A stretch of DNA of 63,673 bases, the filler included, from Lenisia limosa (Eukaryota > Protista > Breviatea): NCBI GenBank assembly GCA_001655205.1. It is 8 parts of 8 records of this genome, joined end to end, with 100 filler letters (N's around TTAATTAATTAA, not from the genome) between each part and the next. Parts side by side here need not be neighbours in the genome. Positions count along the whole stretch, not along the records: positions 36,443 to 52,914 come from LPNZ01008785.1; positions 53,015 to 56,010 come from LPNZ01011282.1; positions 56,111 to 60,989 come from LPNZ01008101.1; 5 more parts are not named here. One strand, written 5' to 3'. The translations under genes and the position numbers were made by a program. Under the pieces are notes generated by a model that was not told the DNA's origin, ran no database searches, and saw nothing but the letters and a program-made list of their open reading frames with translations. Below are positions 50,001-60,960 of the stretch, piece after piece; position 1 is the first letter of the stretch, and each line of letters opens with the position of its first letter.

Positions 50001-52914
50001 GCATAATATAAATATATCATATCATATCACATATGATACTATTTTCAAATATTCCTTCCATTTCTCCCACCGTTAGCGCCAAGAGGAGCGGGAGCAGCAG
50101 CAGCGGCGTTGAAAGTGAATCTTTGTGAGGCTGGAACTGTTTCCTCCTTCTTTTCCTCAGTCTTGGCAGGGGCAGCAAATGAGAATCCCTCCGTCTTCTT
50201 CTCCTCCTTCTTCTCTTCGGTCTTAGTAGGCGAGGTGAACGAGTATCCGCTCGCAGGCGCAGCGAAAACGAACGCAGAGTCCTGTGACGCTCCAAAAGAA
50301 ACGGCTATCTCCTTCCTGTCCTTCTTGCTGGCGCGCTCGGATAGGTCCTCAGCATCCTCAGTTGCGGGAGTTGGAGCCTGGATAATGGGGACTGCGGCGA
50401 CCGGTGTGACCTACAATATCAAAACCGCTTTCGGTTCCCAAAAAGACCGGATCTTCTATGAACCTCAATGAATCTTCGATAAATCCTCGAAAAATCATCA
50501 ATGAATATCGATATTTTCCATGTCTTTTGGGACCTAAAATGAAGGTGTAGTCAAAACCAAACGGCAGCAAATGGATGGGTTCTAGAGCCCTGGGCGATGG
50601 CATTTCCGGCTCCAATCGAGATGGCAATGATAGACTGAAGAAAGACTCGAAACCACATACTTGAGAAACCTCCTGGGGCTGAGAAATAGTCTGATTGAGG
50701 CGTGGCGGCTCTTCAACCTTAACCTGAGAATAATTAGACCTGGGGGTGCTGTATTTGAAATTTGGGTGATTATTTTCAATATTTGTTGTGTATCGATGTA
50801 AATGGCAAATAATATTTAGAAAGGTCGCTAAATCATCCTACAGGTACCCCCCCCCCCTTAAAATCCCCCTACAATCTTCGATTCGGCTGTGGAAGAAGAG
50901 TTGAGGCGACTGACCAGGCTTTTGGCAACTGAGCGTCTATTCTCACGCCGCGATTTCAGGGCTGAGGCCGCAGCTGATTTGTGAAATTCAGGCTGGTTGG
51001 GGCTCCACTTTGGCCAGATGAAGACAGTCAAAATATCGCTATTTTACGAGTATATTAACTGAGCGCGATAAGTCCTGACACGATTGACTAAAGATAGTGC
51101 TGCCAGGACTTATCACAGTCAGTGTACATACAGTATATAACATCGAGAAATCCTGTCTTTTCACGGACAAAAATGAAGCTCTATACCTGGTTAAAGATGC
51201 ATCTAATAGCCTTACCTTCAACCCCTCTCCACCATATCTTCAAGTTAATCTTCGGTAACCCCCCCCCCCCCAACCAGAGGAATNNNNNNNNNNNNNNNNN
51301 NNNNNNNNNNNNNNNNNNNNNNNNNNNNNNNNNNNNNNNNNNNNNNNNNNNNNNNNNNNNNNNNNNNNNNNNNNNNNNNNNNNNNNNNNNNNNNNNNNNN
51401 NNNNNNNNNNNNNNNNNNNNNNNNNNNNNNNNNNNNNNNNNNNNNNNNNNNNNNNNNNNNNNNNNNNNNNNNNNNNNNNNAATCAACTCTGTTGACAACA
51501 TAAAAGGGCTGATAACAACAAAACAAAGCCCAGGCCAGTCGCTCTGCAGCACCCCATCCCATCCCTCCAGCGAACGGCAAAGCAGTCTTTTCATTCCCCT
51601 CTTCAATTCCACGAAGCCTAACCCTGCAAACCTTCCGAACATACTCCCAGTCAGAGAAGTAGCCGAGGGCATGCGGTTGCCCGTGACAGCTACACCAATG
51701 TTAGAGGAGTGTGAGCCTCGATTGCTCTCCATTTCCAATGATTTTGAAAGTATTCAAATGAATATATATCGCAATGAGAAAAAAATAAATAAATTTGTAT
51801 CTGGACGAAGTCGTCCACACCTTCACGCTCATAAGAAATATTGGATTATAGTATAATAATATTAATTCACCCAATCATTTGCCAATATAATTATCTGGGG
51901 AAGCACTGGGATACTGAGTAGAGCTTCTCTTTATGTCCCTAAAAAGACTGAATTAGCTCGATGAATATCGATATTTTATCCGTCTTTTGGAACCGCAAGT
52001 AAAGGAATATTACAAGGGCTTTATTTCGATAGTTTTCGAGGATTTATCGAGAAATTCAGTCTTTTTTCGGACCGAGACCTAAATATTACACACCCATGAA
52101 AAGGAAAGTTCATGCACCCTACATTTCTTTGGCTGATAAGGAGTGAAGGTCTGTTCCTCCTCTTCGGAGTCAGACTCGGCCTAAATGTCAGAGGAGCAAG
52201 GATTTATAGAAATGAAAAATAAAACAGGTTGTATCTGAACGAAACGGTCCACACCACCACGCTTATATGAGAAATTGGATTGTAGTATAATATTAATTCA
52301 CTCAATCATGATAGTTTGTCCAGCACAATTAAAGTACAAAGTATACAAATGGAGTACCCAAGACCAATCTCTCCCAAGAGAAGCCCTAAACGCACCTTCT
52401 GTGTTGCAGAGATACCAGCATCCAAGCGAAGGCTACTGAGAAGTTGCTCAGCGCGCTCCTGAAGACTAGGCTCAGACGACCCGCACATTTCAAGACCACG
52501 GGAGAGGCAGAACCAGGCCTGGGCATACTGCTTGCCAAGACGCTTGATGACATCAGGAACGCCAGACGTGGGGATACGTGCGACTGGTTCCGAGGCTCCG
52601 GCAAGCATTTCTCCGGCCTCAATGTAGTTCTCAGCCGAGTTGGTCTGCATCAGGAGACGTACAGCGGCGGGGATGTTGCCTTCCGACGCTTGAATGTCGG
52701 CAAGATGGACAAGAGCGGCGTCGGCATAATGAAGGTCTGTCGCCGGCCAAAGATCGAACGACTGCGTGATGGCCATGGAGAGCTTGTTGGCGACCATGCG
52801 GATGACGGGCTGAAGCTCGTGGTCTCTTGTTGACGACTCAATGAGGAAAGACGTCATGGGGCCGAGAATGTGTGGGGGGAGTAAGGCGGCTCTGTTGAGA
52901 ACATCGTCAAAGAA
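44062..52914 (-). CDS. Large FG-repeat nucleoporin with RanBP2-type zinc fingers (Nup358/Nup153/Nup214-like); 5' end cut by linker
   Basis: Helical N-terminal exon (52306-52914); repeated exons EWVCPCCETKNTEAACSMCMVPKP; many FSF/FTF(G) repeats with EEKK spacers. The track's 'stop' at 46121 is a CCG|GTATGA donor, followed by SPFG/SAFG/FGQ exons to FPFSF* at 44062. Confidence 0.8.
51795..51883 (-). repeat. Intronic repeat family I (about 85 bp; 7 copies)
   Basis: Shared GTATCTG.CCGAAGCCGTCCACAC...CGCTTATAAG...TTGGATTATAGTAT...TTAATTCACCCAATC at 7805-7882, 12110-12173 (reverse), 15050-15082 (reverse), 37027-37102, 51795-51883, 52227-52307 and 55590-55612. Confidence 0.8.
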
Positions 52915-53422
52915 NNNNNNNNNNNNNNNNNNNNNNNNNNNNNNNNNNNNNNNNNNNNTTAATTAATTAANNNNNNNNNNNNNNNNNNNNNNNNNNNNNN
53001 NNNNNNNNNNNNNNTAAGAAAAAATTGAAAAATTCTGGAAGCGAGGGGAGGAGAACATCTCTTCTTCCATTTGATTCTTTCTTACCTATGCCTCGTCTTA
53101 AATTATCTCTTTTTCTCGTTTTATCTTATTAAACCCTTCTTTATACCCCCTCACCCACCTTGAGGATTTCAATAAGAGTTGAAGGATTCCGCAAGTCAGC
53201 TTTCCTCTAAATTAGTTAGTGATGGCGGGNNNNNNNNNNNNNNNNNNNNNNNNNNNNNNNNNNNNNNNNNNNNNNNNNNNNNNNNNNNNNNNNNNNNNNN
53301 NNNNNNNNNNNNNNNNNNNNNNNNNNNNNNNNNNNNNNNNNNNNNNNNNNNGTATATCCTCAAAAATATCGATATTTTGCAGGTATTTTTCGAACCGAAG
53401 TGTTCTACCCCCCCCCCTCCCT

Positions 53423-55985
53423 CACCAGAGCAGGCTTCAATTCATTGGGTACGAGATCCTCCAGAATCATTACGAAAGCGTCGTTGTACTGGTCCTCTCT
53501 ATTCCAGTCAAAACAAAGGGGAATAATCAGAGTCATTGTATTGTGATCTTTTCTATTCCAGTCAAAATACGGCGGAATACATGATATGATAGAAGTATAG
53601 AATCTATCATATATTATGATATAATAGTATAGTAATGAGAAAAAAAAAACAAGGTTGTACCTAGATACATTATGTACTACTATACATATTAAATGATATA
53701 ACATAACTACGACCCTCCCACGTGTACTGCTGCAGGGAGCGGTGCACAGCATCCAGCGTGTCTCCGCCCGCTACTTGGAAGGCATCAATGGCAGGCAGGC
53801 CCATCGGCTTGGCCATTTTCTGGGGGGTGAAAAGGGAAATGTATATATGCATATAGTATATAAACAAAAGCCCAAAATCAACTTGGTAAAACACACGAGG
53901 ATTGAAAACGCAAAAACAAACAATACTATAAATAGCAATGAGAAATACGCTCACAATATATATCAAATTTCCCCTCACTTCCAAAATGGTGTCCTCTGCC
54001 TTCATCACGGCTCCTTCCACCAGGGACTGAACCTAGGAAATCGGTGAACGTTATTTTTTTTTGTTTGTTTTTCTTTTTTTGTTGTTTTTCATTTCAAAAT
54101 AAAGGAATCTCAATGCACCTGGGAAATTAGTGAGTGTTTCGTTATTTACTATTATTATTAATAATACTAATCATTATTTCTTTTTTTATATCGTATTTAG
54201 TAGATCACCCACACAGAGACCATCATATCATCTAACAACAACCACCAACAAACACGTTGCCACCTTGTCTAGCACCGCCACCTCCCTACCTTGCCATCTT
54301 TGCCGATGGTGGCAACTGTCTCGTTTTTGATCTGAATAGTGATGTCTGTTCTTTTTTTACTTTTTTTTTGCCTTTATTTTGACCATTGTTTTCTTTTTTT
54401 CTTTATCACTTTTTATATTTCACTTGTTTTATATTCTCACCTTATCAGCGCTCTCTACTGCGGAGTCTTCAATAGCGGAAGTGGCTCTATTCGGCTTCGA
54501 CTCGTCCTCTGAGGGGGGGGGGTAAAATTGGAAAATATATGAGAAAAATAATAGTAAAAAGCCCGAAATCAATTGCTGCGGGACGATGTGTCAATTTTAT
54601 TCCTCTAGACTTGGCTTTCCTCCTAACCTTTCTCACTACCCTAAATTTCCTTTTCTTGTAACCTCCAGGTTTGCTAAAAAAAATGCCCAAAATCAACTGC
54701 TGAGGGATAATGTGTCCCACCATTTGGTTCATCAGGCAATTCCGGATCCTCAACGGAAATTTCAATGTCTCCTTCAACAACTGCGGGGGTAAATGAAGAA
54801 AATTTCGATGAAGAAATATTGGCGTAAAAGTCCTAATCACGAATCGAATAATCTTAAACTCCAAACGTAAAATTGGTAAATTTATGAATCAAAAAAAAAA
54901 CCCAAAATCAACTCATTTGGCTGACAACACGAGGGTTGACAACACAAAACAAAAAAAGCCCAGGCCNNNNNNNNNNNNNNNNNNNNNNNNNNNNNNNNNN
55001 NNNNNNNNNNNNNNNNNNNNNNNNNNNNNNNNNNNNNNNNNNNNNNNNNNNNNNNNNNNNNNNNNNNNNNNNNNNNNNNNNNNNNNNATGGCCATATGAC
55101 CGACTTTTGAGTCGAAATGATATGGGCACTAATCCAAAAAAAAGAGAGACCCAATCTTCCCTATACACCCCTCATATCAATTCCACCCTCCATGACAAAA
55201 TAAATACCTCTCTTTTTCTCTCTATCTCTCTCTCTCTCGCTCCCCCCACCACACACACCCCTCACCAGCGTCTTTGGCACTGTGTGCAGCGGCAGTGACT
55301 GCCTGATCAACTACGTTGGTTGCCTGGAGAGGGGGGGGGGGGGANNNNNNNNNNNNNNNNNNNNNNNNNNNNNNNNNNNNNNNNNNNNNNNNNNNNNNNN
55401 NNNNNNNNNNNNNNNNNNNNNNNNNNNNNNNNNNNNNNNNNNNNNNNNNNNNNNNNNNNNNNNNNNNNNNNNNNNNNNNNNNNNNNNNNNNNNNNNNNNN
55501 ATCAACTAATTATAATATCTTGGACGAGGTTTCAAAAACCTCCCATACCAGGGTTTTGTTTTGTCTTCCTTTTTGTTTTGAGAAAAAAAAAGTATCTGGC
55601 CGAAGCTGTCATCCCCGATAAACTCTTCAACAGTCCCTGTCCCTACGCCCATCTGCACCTCACAGTTTTGAAAAAATAACGCCATAGCCCCCCTATCTCA
55701 CCTCGTCTTTTAGAAGAGCCTGTAATCCGCTGCGCTCCTCCTGTGGGGGAAAATGACAGAGAGAAAAAAAAGCCCAAAATCAACAAAGCAAGAAATAATT
55801 GGGAGGGGGGGGGGNNNNNNNNNNATACACTGACCTTGACAAGTCCTGAAACGATTGAATAAAGATAAAGCTCAATAATCGTGTCACAACTTATCAGTCA
55901 CTGTATCATTTGTATATGACGACGCCACCTACATGAAGGGACTTGATATGGTCTGGAAGGTCTTTGTGCATTTCTTGGGCTGCAG
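53423..55985 (-). CDS. Unidentified multi-exon gene (partial)
   Basis: GT-AG exons such as GVASAAQEMHKDLPDHIKSLH|EERSGLQALLKDE, VVEGDIEISVEDPELPDEPN and IKNETVATIGKDGK|VQSLVEGAVMKAEDTILE|KMAKPMGLPAIDAFQVAGGDTLDAVHRSLQQYTWEGR. Confidence 0.55.
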
Positions 55986-56866
55986 AGGCTACTCCTGGGG
56001 GGGGGGGGGANNNNNNNNNNNNNNNNNNNNNNNNNNNNNNNNNNNNNNNNNNNNTTAATTAATTAANNNNNNNNNNNNNNNNNNNNNNNNNNNNNNNNNN
56101 NNNNNNNNNNAGGTTGTCTTAAGGAGGTTCCGAGGGAAGAACGAGGGGTGATTGGAATGTTAAACCGGATCCTAGCTGGAGAAAGTGCGATGTAAACGGG
56201 GGTTCAATGCACAAGGCGATACCAAGCTCAATAAAGACTAACAGCAATCTAAAAATGGTCAATACGCAGTACAATCAGAAGAAAAAACACATTTCTTATC
56301 TCGACCGCAACATGTATCTTGACTCCATCACCGTGGCAGAGAATAGGGTTGAATGGGCTGGCATTATGATACTTGCTCAGAAGGGCAAGGCGCATAGTAT
56401 TGTTCAAATTTGAGTATAATCAAGACTCTGCTTACATTTTTCCATTCGTTTTCTGCATTTTGGTAGCCTTTGAGCGCCTGAAGCGCTTTCTTCTTGTGTT
56501 GAGGGGAAACTTCAAGGTCCTCATTCGCTGAAAATACACGCTTCCTGTAAATTTCGCTCCTTTTTTGCTCCTTTTGATTTTTCTCGTTCTACATGTATAT
56601 TCATTCTCCCTTTTGTAAAAGTGGATCCTTATGCTATGAGACTATCTTCCATCACCTTGGCAACAACTATTGCTTTCTTCCCCCTTCTCTGAAATCACAG
56701 AGGTGTGACAGACTGAGCCTGGTTAGCTAGTACTCACCCAGCTACGGCTGGGTTCTCCAAGCACCTAGTGTGACTCGGGGAGGTGGGCGCAGAGGGTAAT
56801 TTGTAATAGTATCCCTATGTATTCATTGTTTCCCTATATTTTTAATGTACATGTATGTGGGTCCTC

Positions 56867-57503
56867 AAAGCTCCGGACATCATTCAAAAATTCCCGGACA
56901 CATCAAAACTCCCGGACAGCTTGAAGTTGACACCTTAAGGGTATAGGCCATTGCTAGTGTTTTTTGAAAAAAGATACATAGAGAAATGGACTTCCTAATG
57001 TTCCCTAACTTTTTTTTTCAATTTTGAGCAAATGTCAAAAATCCGTGAATTTGGTCTCCCGGGGGTCCCCCTTTTGCCTTTTCACAGGATTTTTTCTGAA
57101 TCTTACCCTCTTTTAGTGTTGAAGAAACAAAAATTTATACCCCTCGGAGTAATTGATTACGGGTTCCCATTTGCTTTGGCTATGTAATGGTGAATTTTGA
57201 GGAAAAAATGCTAAAAATAGCACTGTCTACAGGGGTAAACTTTCCCGGATAGTTGCCATTTATTCCTTGAATGTGGCCTTTTATGACCGTTTTTGGACCG
57301 TAGAGAGCTTAGGGACTTAATTTGGTTTTGACCCGATAATATGAAAAATTGGGGTTTAATTATTTGATTAAGATTGAGATTACTTTGAAAAACAGAAGGG
57401 AAATAGGGTTTCTGGGTGGTTTATGGTGATTTTGTATGGAAAACTCAAGTTGTCCGGGAGTTTTGATGTGTTCGGGAATTTTGAATGATGTCCGGAGCTT
57501 TGA
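56867..57503. mobile_element. Non-autonomous element of about 640 bp with about 62-bp terminal inverted repeats
   Basis: 56867-56928 (TCAAAGCTCCGGACATCATTCAAAAATTCCCGGACACATCAAAACTCCCGGACAGCTTGAAGTT) is the near-exact reverse complement of 57443-57503. No target duplication recognised. Confidence 0.75.
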
Positions 57504-57989
57504 CTATACATATACTATTTCTCTTGTCAAAAAAAGGCCCAAGAGTGGTGTATTTCAGTATTATTGACGCAAGAACGTATTTGGCCACCGTGTTTTTGAT
57601 GTGAAATACTGAATTATTCGTTTGCATCCTAACCATGTAATGGTAAAGAACATAAATGTGAGTTTAGGGTGATAATTTGAAAGAAAAAAAAAAAGTGAGG
57701 GGGGGTTAGCAAGAAATCTCTTGCCAAAATTGAAAGAAAACCCCATTTTTATTTGGGTTTGAATCATGTTCGCGGTTTAACCAGAAAAAATATATTATTG
57801 TTAAATATGGTGGAAAATATTTTTTCGATTATTCATTGAATATTGTCATTATATTTTTGAAAAACATGGAATCATTGTCTCTAACTCAAGCCTAGGTACC
57901 AAAAGCGAGTGATCAAGGTCGTCAGCTCTTTGAAATTGAGGTAACCACACTCATTTTTTGTCCCAAAATTATCAGCTGTTTTACAATGC

Positions 57990-59130
57990 CATATCCACGA
58001 GTGAATATCATATGGATGATTAATTTATTGTTTTATTTGATTATTTGTGGATGTTCAGAGGGTCAAACGAGGCTTTAGCCGAGTTAGTCCCGAGGAATAT
58101 CCTTAAATAATCAATTCATGCAATTTATGACCACTCACAGGGGTGGTGACCAGTAGATATGAGCAATCCAATATTATTACACGGGGGGGGGGGGTAAAAA
58201 ACAACCCACAGGTAAATATGATGATTTCCTTGTGATTGTGTAATATTTTCTTACCCATTTGGGTCACTTTTGAAAGAAAACCTATCTAAAGATCACCAAA
58301 AAAAAGGAAAGGAGAGTAGTTGGCTTTGGGGAATGGAATAAAAAAAAGGAAGAAATCATCAGAGAGCCTTAAAATGCGCAGTAAGAAAGACAGAGGACCG
58401 GGGGATGAAGACCGGTTCAGGGACAGAATCAGATCAATGAATGAACTGAGACATCAACATACTTCATTGAACAGCTTTCAAAATCTATCGACTTTGCTTC
58501 ACACGTTGACTTAAATACAGCTTAGGGAGCTTCTCAGCAGCTTGTGCGGAAAGTAGAGAAGGCAGAGTTCATGGTGTCGTAAGTTAGACAAACCACTCCT
58601 CATTTAAGTCAATAGGCAATCTAATGAAGTCAAAAAGAACCACAAGCTCAACAAACCTGCAACATTTTACTGATCAGCATCCAAAATCCTTCAATTCTCG
58701 TTTTTGAGAGCAGTGTTTATTTAAAAGCTAATAATAGCCAAAAACAGAAGAAGCAACAAAAAAAGGAATCAAACGAATTTTTGTTTTTCTTTATATAATC
58801 AAATTGAAGGTCACCCAGTTTACTGAGTAGTACCCCTAGGTATATTTTCTATTTCAATGTTTTTTGTTTCATTAAAACTTGATGAAACAGCATAAACTAG
58901 AGCTTTTTGAACAGTTTGAACTATAATATAAAACAGCAAACGGATAACCTTTGTCCCCTCGTGTATATGATTGCTCGTATCTACTCGTCACAGCCCTTGT
59001 GGATCGTGAAATTTTTTTTAATTGAATATTTAAGGATGTACTCACTCGGCTAAAGCCTCGTTCGTGCTTCTGAACATCCTTAAATATTCAATTAAAAAAA
59101 TTCACTCCGCTATATCCACTCGTGGATCAA
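57990..59130. repeat. Two diverged inverted copies (about 57990-58190 and 58950-59130) of a palindromic element of about 190 bp
   Basis: Shared GGATGTTCAGA...AACGAGGCTTTAGCCGAGT.AGT...ATCCTTAAATA.TCAATT...GTGAC.AGTAGATA.GAGCAATC in opposite orientations. The right copy contains an internal IR of about 32 bp (59006-59039 / 59074-59105). Confidence 0.75.
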
Positions 59131-59528
59131 AAAATGAGAGTCATATTCTTCGTTTTGGGGTCATTTTTTCGCGAAAAAATCATATTTTGTCGCTCTGGTC
59201 GAATTATTAGAAGCAGAAAAGACCATTTACGGGACAAAGGGGATCAATTTTCGCCAGAATTTGAGAATTAAAAGGTTCTGAGTCCAGAATAACAGTTTTT
59301 GGGTAAAATATTATTGTTGAAAAATTTCCCCGGGGGGTCCCCTTTTTGGTTTTATAATTTTTTTTTTCAAAAATTACCCCATTTATCCAATAATAAGAGT
59401 TTGAAAAAAATATGTCTGTTGCCTTTCTCTCTGAGCAGTATTCAAGGTATGACGGTTGTTTCAAGTACTGTCTTCTTAATTTCATCAATATTGCCAATAG
59501 ACAAGAGAAATATAATTTTCAAAAATGC

Positions 59529-60105
59529 CCGGGTACCTACATTAGGGGTACCCGGGTATTTTTTGAAATTTGGTTTTCTGTCTGCCCCCCCTTGTGGGGT
59601 CAAAGGGCCATATTTTTTTGTGCTTTTAGAAATTTATTACGTAAAAAATAACCCTATTTGCGATCCCAGGTGTGTGGTGTTGTATTTAGTCACTGTCTTG
59701 CCTTAACTGATCCCACCAAGTGATCGTTTTGAATCAAGTCGGAATAGTTCCATCCACTTTGGCCAACTGATTGGTATTGTTATATACCTACTCCATCATC
59801 CAATACCACTGTCTCCGCGTTTTNNNNNNNNNNCCTGCCCCCCCTTGTGGGGTCAAAGGGCCATATTTTTTTGTGCTTATAGATATTTATTACGTAAAAA
59901 ATAACCCTATTTGCGATCCCAGATGTGTGGTGTTGTATTTTGGTTACCCGGGCACCTACATTAGGGGTACCCGGGTATTTTTTGAAATTTGGTTTTCCGC
60001 CTGCCCCCCCTTGCTGGGTCAAAGGACCATATTTTTGTGTGCTTATAGAAATTTATTACGTAAAAAATAACCCTATTTGCGATCCCAGGTGTGTGTTGTT
60101 GTATT
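59529..60105. repeat. Tandem repeat of about 165 bp (at least 3 diverged units) carrying a CCCGGGTACC-9nt-GGTACCCGGG hairpin
   Basis: Units at about 59529, 59834 (partial) and 59945 differ by substitutions, and two lie in one contig. Confidence 0.7.
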
Positions 60106-60609
60106 TAGTCACTGTCTTGCCTTAGCTGATCCCACCACCGAACATTATCTTTTTTTAATTTTTTTCAAGTGATCGTTTTGAATCAACTGATTGGTATTGT
60201 TATATACCTACTCCANNNNNNNNNNAGTCACTGTCTTGCCTTAGCTGATCCCACCACCGAACATTATCTTTTTCTAATTTTTTTCAAGTGATCGTTTTGA
60301 ATCAACTGATTGGTATTGTTATATACCTACTCCATCATCCAATACCACTGTCTCCGCGTTTTCACAGTTACAGATGCCGACACTTGACCAGTACTACGAC
60401 CACTGGAAAACCTGGTCGGACATCCCCGATGCTCTGGCTAACGAATACGTTATCAATAGGATTAATGCCTGGCGGGAAGCACCCGTACCAAAAAGACGCT
60501 CAGAGAAAAATGAAGGCAAGCTGGCCCCAAAGTCCAAGTTCCGAAAAGTTGAAGGTTACCCAGAGATCCCAGTCAAAGTCTTCGATNNNNNNNNNNTTCA
60601 CAGTTACAG

Positions 60610-60960
60610 ATGCCGACACTTGACCAGTACTACGACCACTGGAAAACCTGGTCGGACATCCCCGATGCTCTGGCTAACGAATACGTTATCAATAGGATTA
60701 ATGCCTGGCGGGAAGCGCCCGTACCAAAAAGACGCTCAGAGAAAAATGAAGGCAAGCTGGCACCAAAGTCCAAGTTCCGAAAAGTTGAAGGTTACCCAGA
60801 GATCCCAGTCAAAGTCTTCGATAAAGCTGTTGAACGTAGTAACGCTAACCTGAATGGTCCTCTTGTTCGTCTGCAACCAGGTCGTATCCCCATCAGTCAG
60901 GAAGCTATAAATGAGGCCACCGAAAAGATGTCAGCTCTGAGATCGGTTTGGCTCTTTTAA
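60610..60960 (+). CDS. Orphan 116-aa intronless ORF in a repeat-rich scaffold
   Basis: Clean, GC-richer ORF MPTLDQYYDHWKTWSDIPDALANEYVINRINAW...RSVWLF*. Preceded by TTACAG, so it could be a terminal exon. Confidence 0.5.
   Translation: MPTLDQYYDHWKTWSDIPDALANEYVINRINAWREAPVPKRRSEKNEGKLAPKSKFRKVEGYPEIPVKVFDKAVERSNANLNGPLVRLQPGRIPISQEAINEATEKMSALRSVWLF

Noticed and set aside
54269-54289. Candidate 21-nt intron GTAGGGAGGTGGCGGTGCTAG
   Set aside because: Using it puts the next exon out of frame. A single longer intron (GK|VQSL) keeps the frame.
60361-60960. Apparent tandem duplication of the MPTLDQYY ORF, and of 60098-60215 vs 60226-60363
   Set aside because: Near-identical copies separated by exactly 10 N are typical of overlapping contig ends, so this is probably an assembly artefact.
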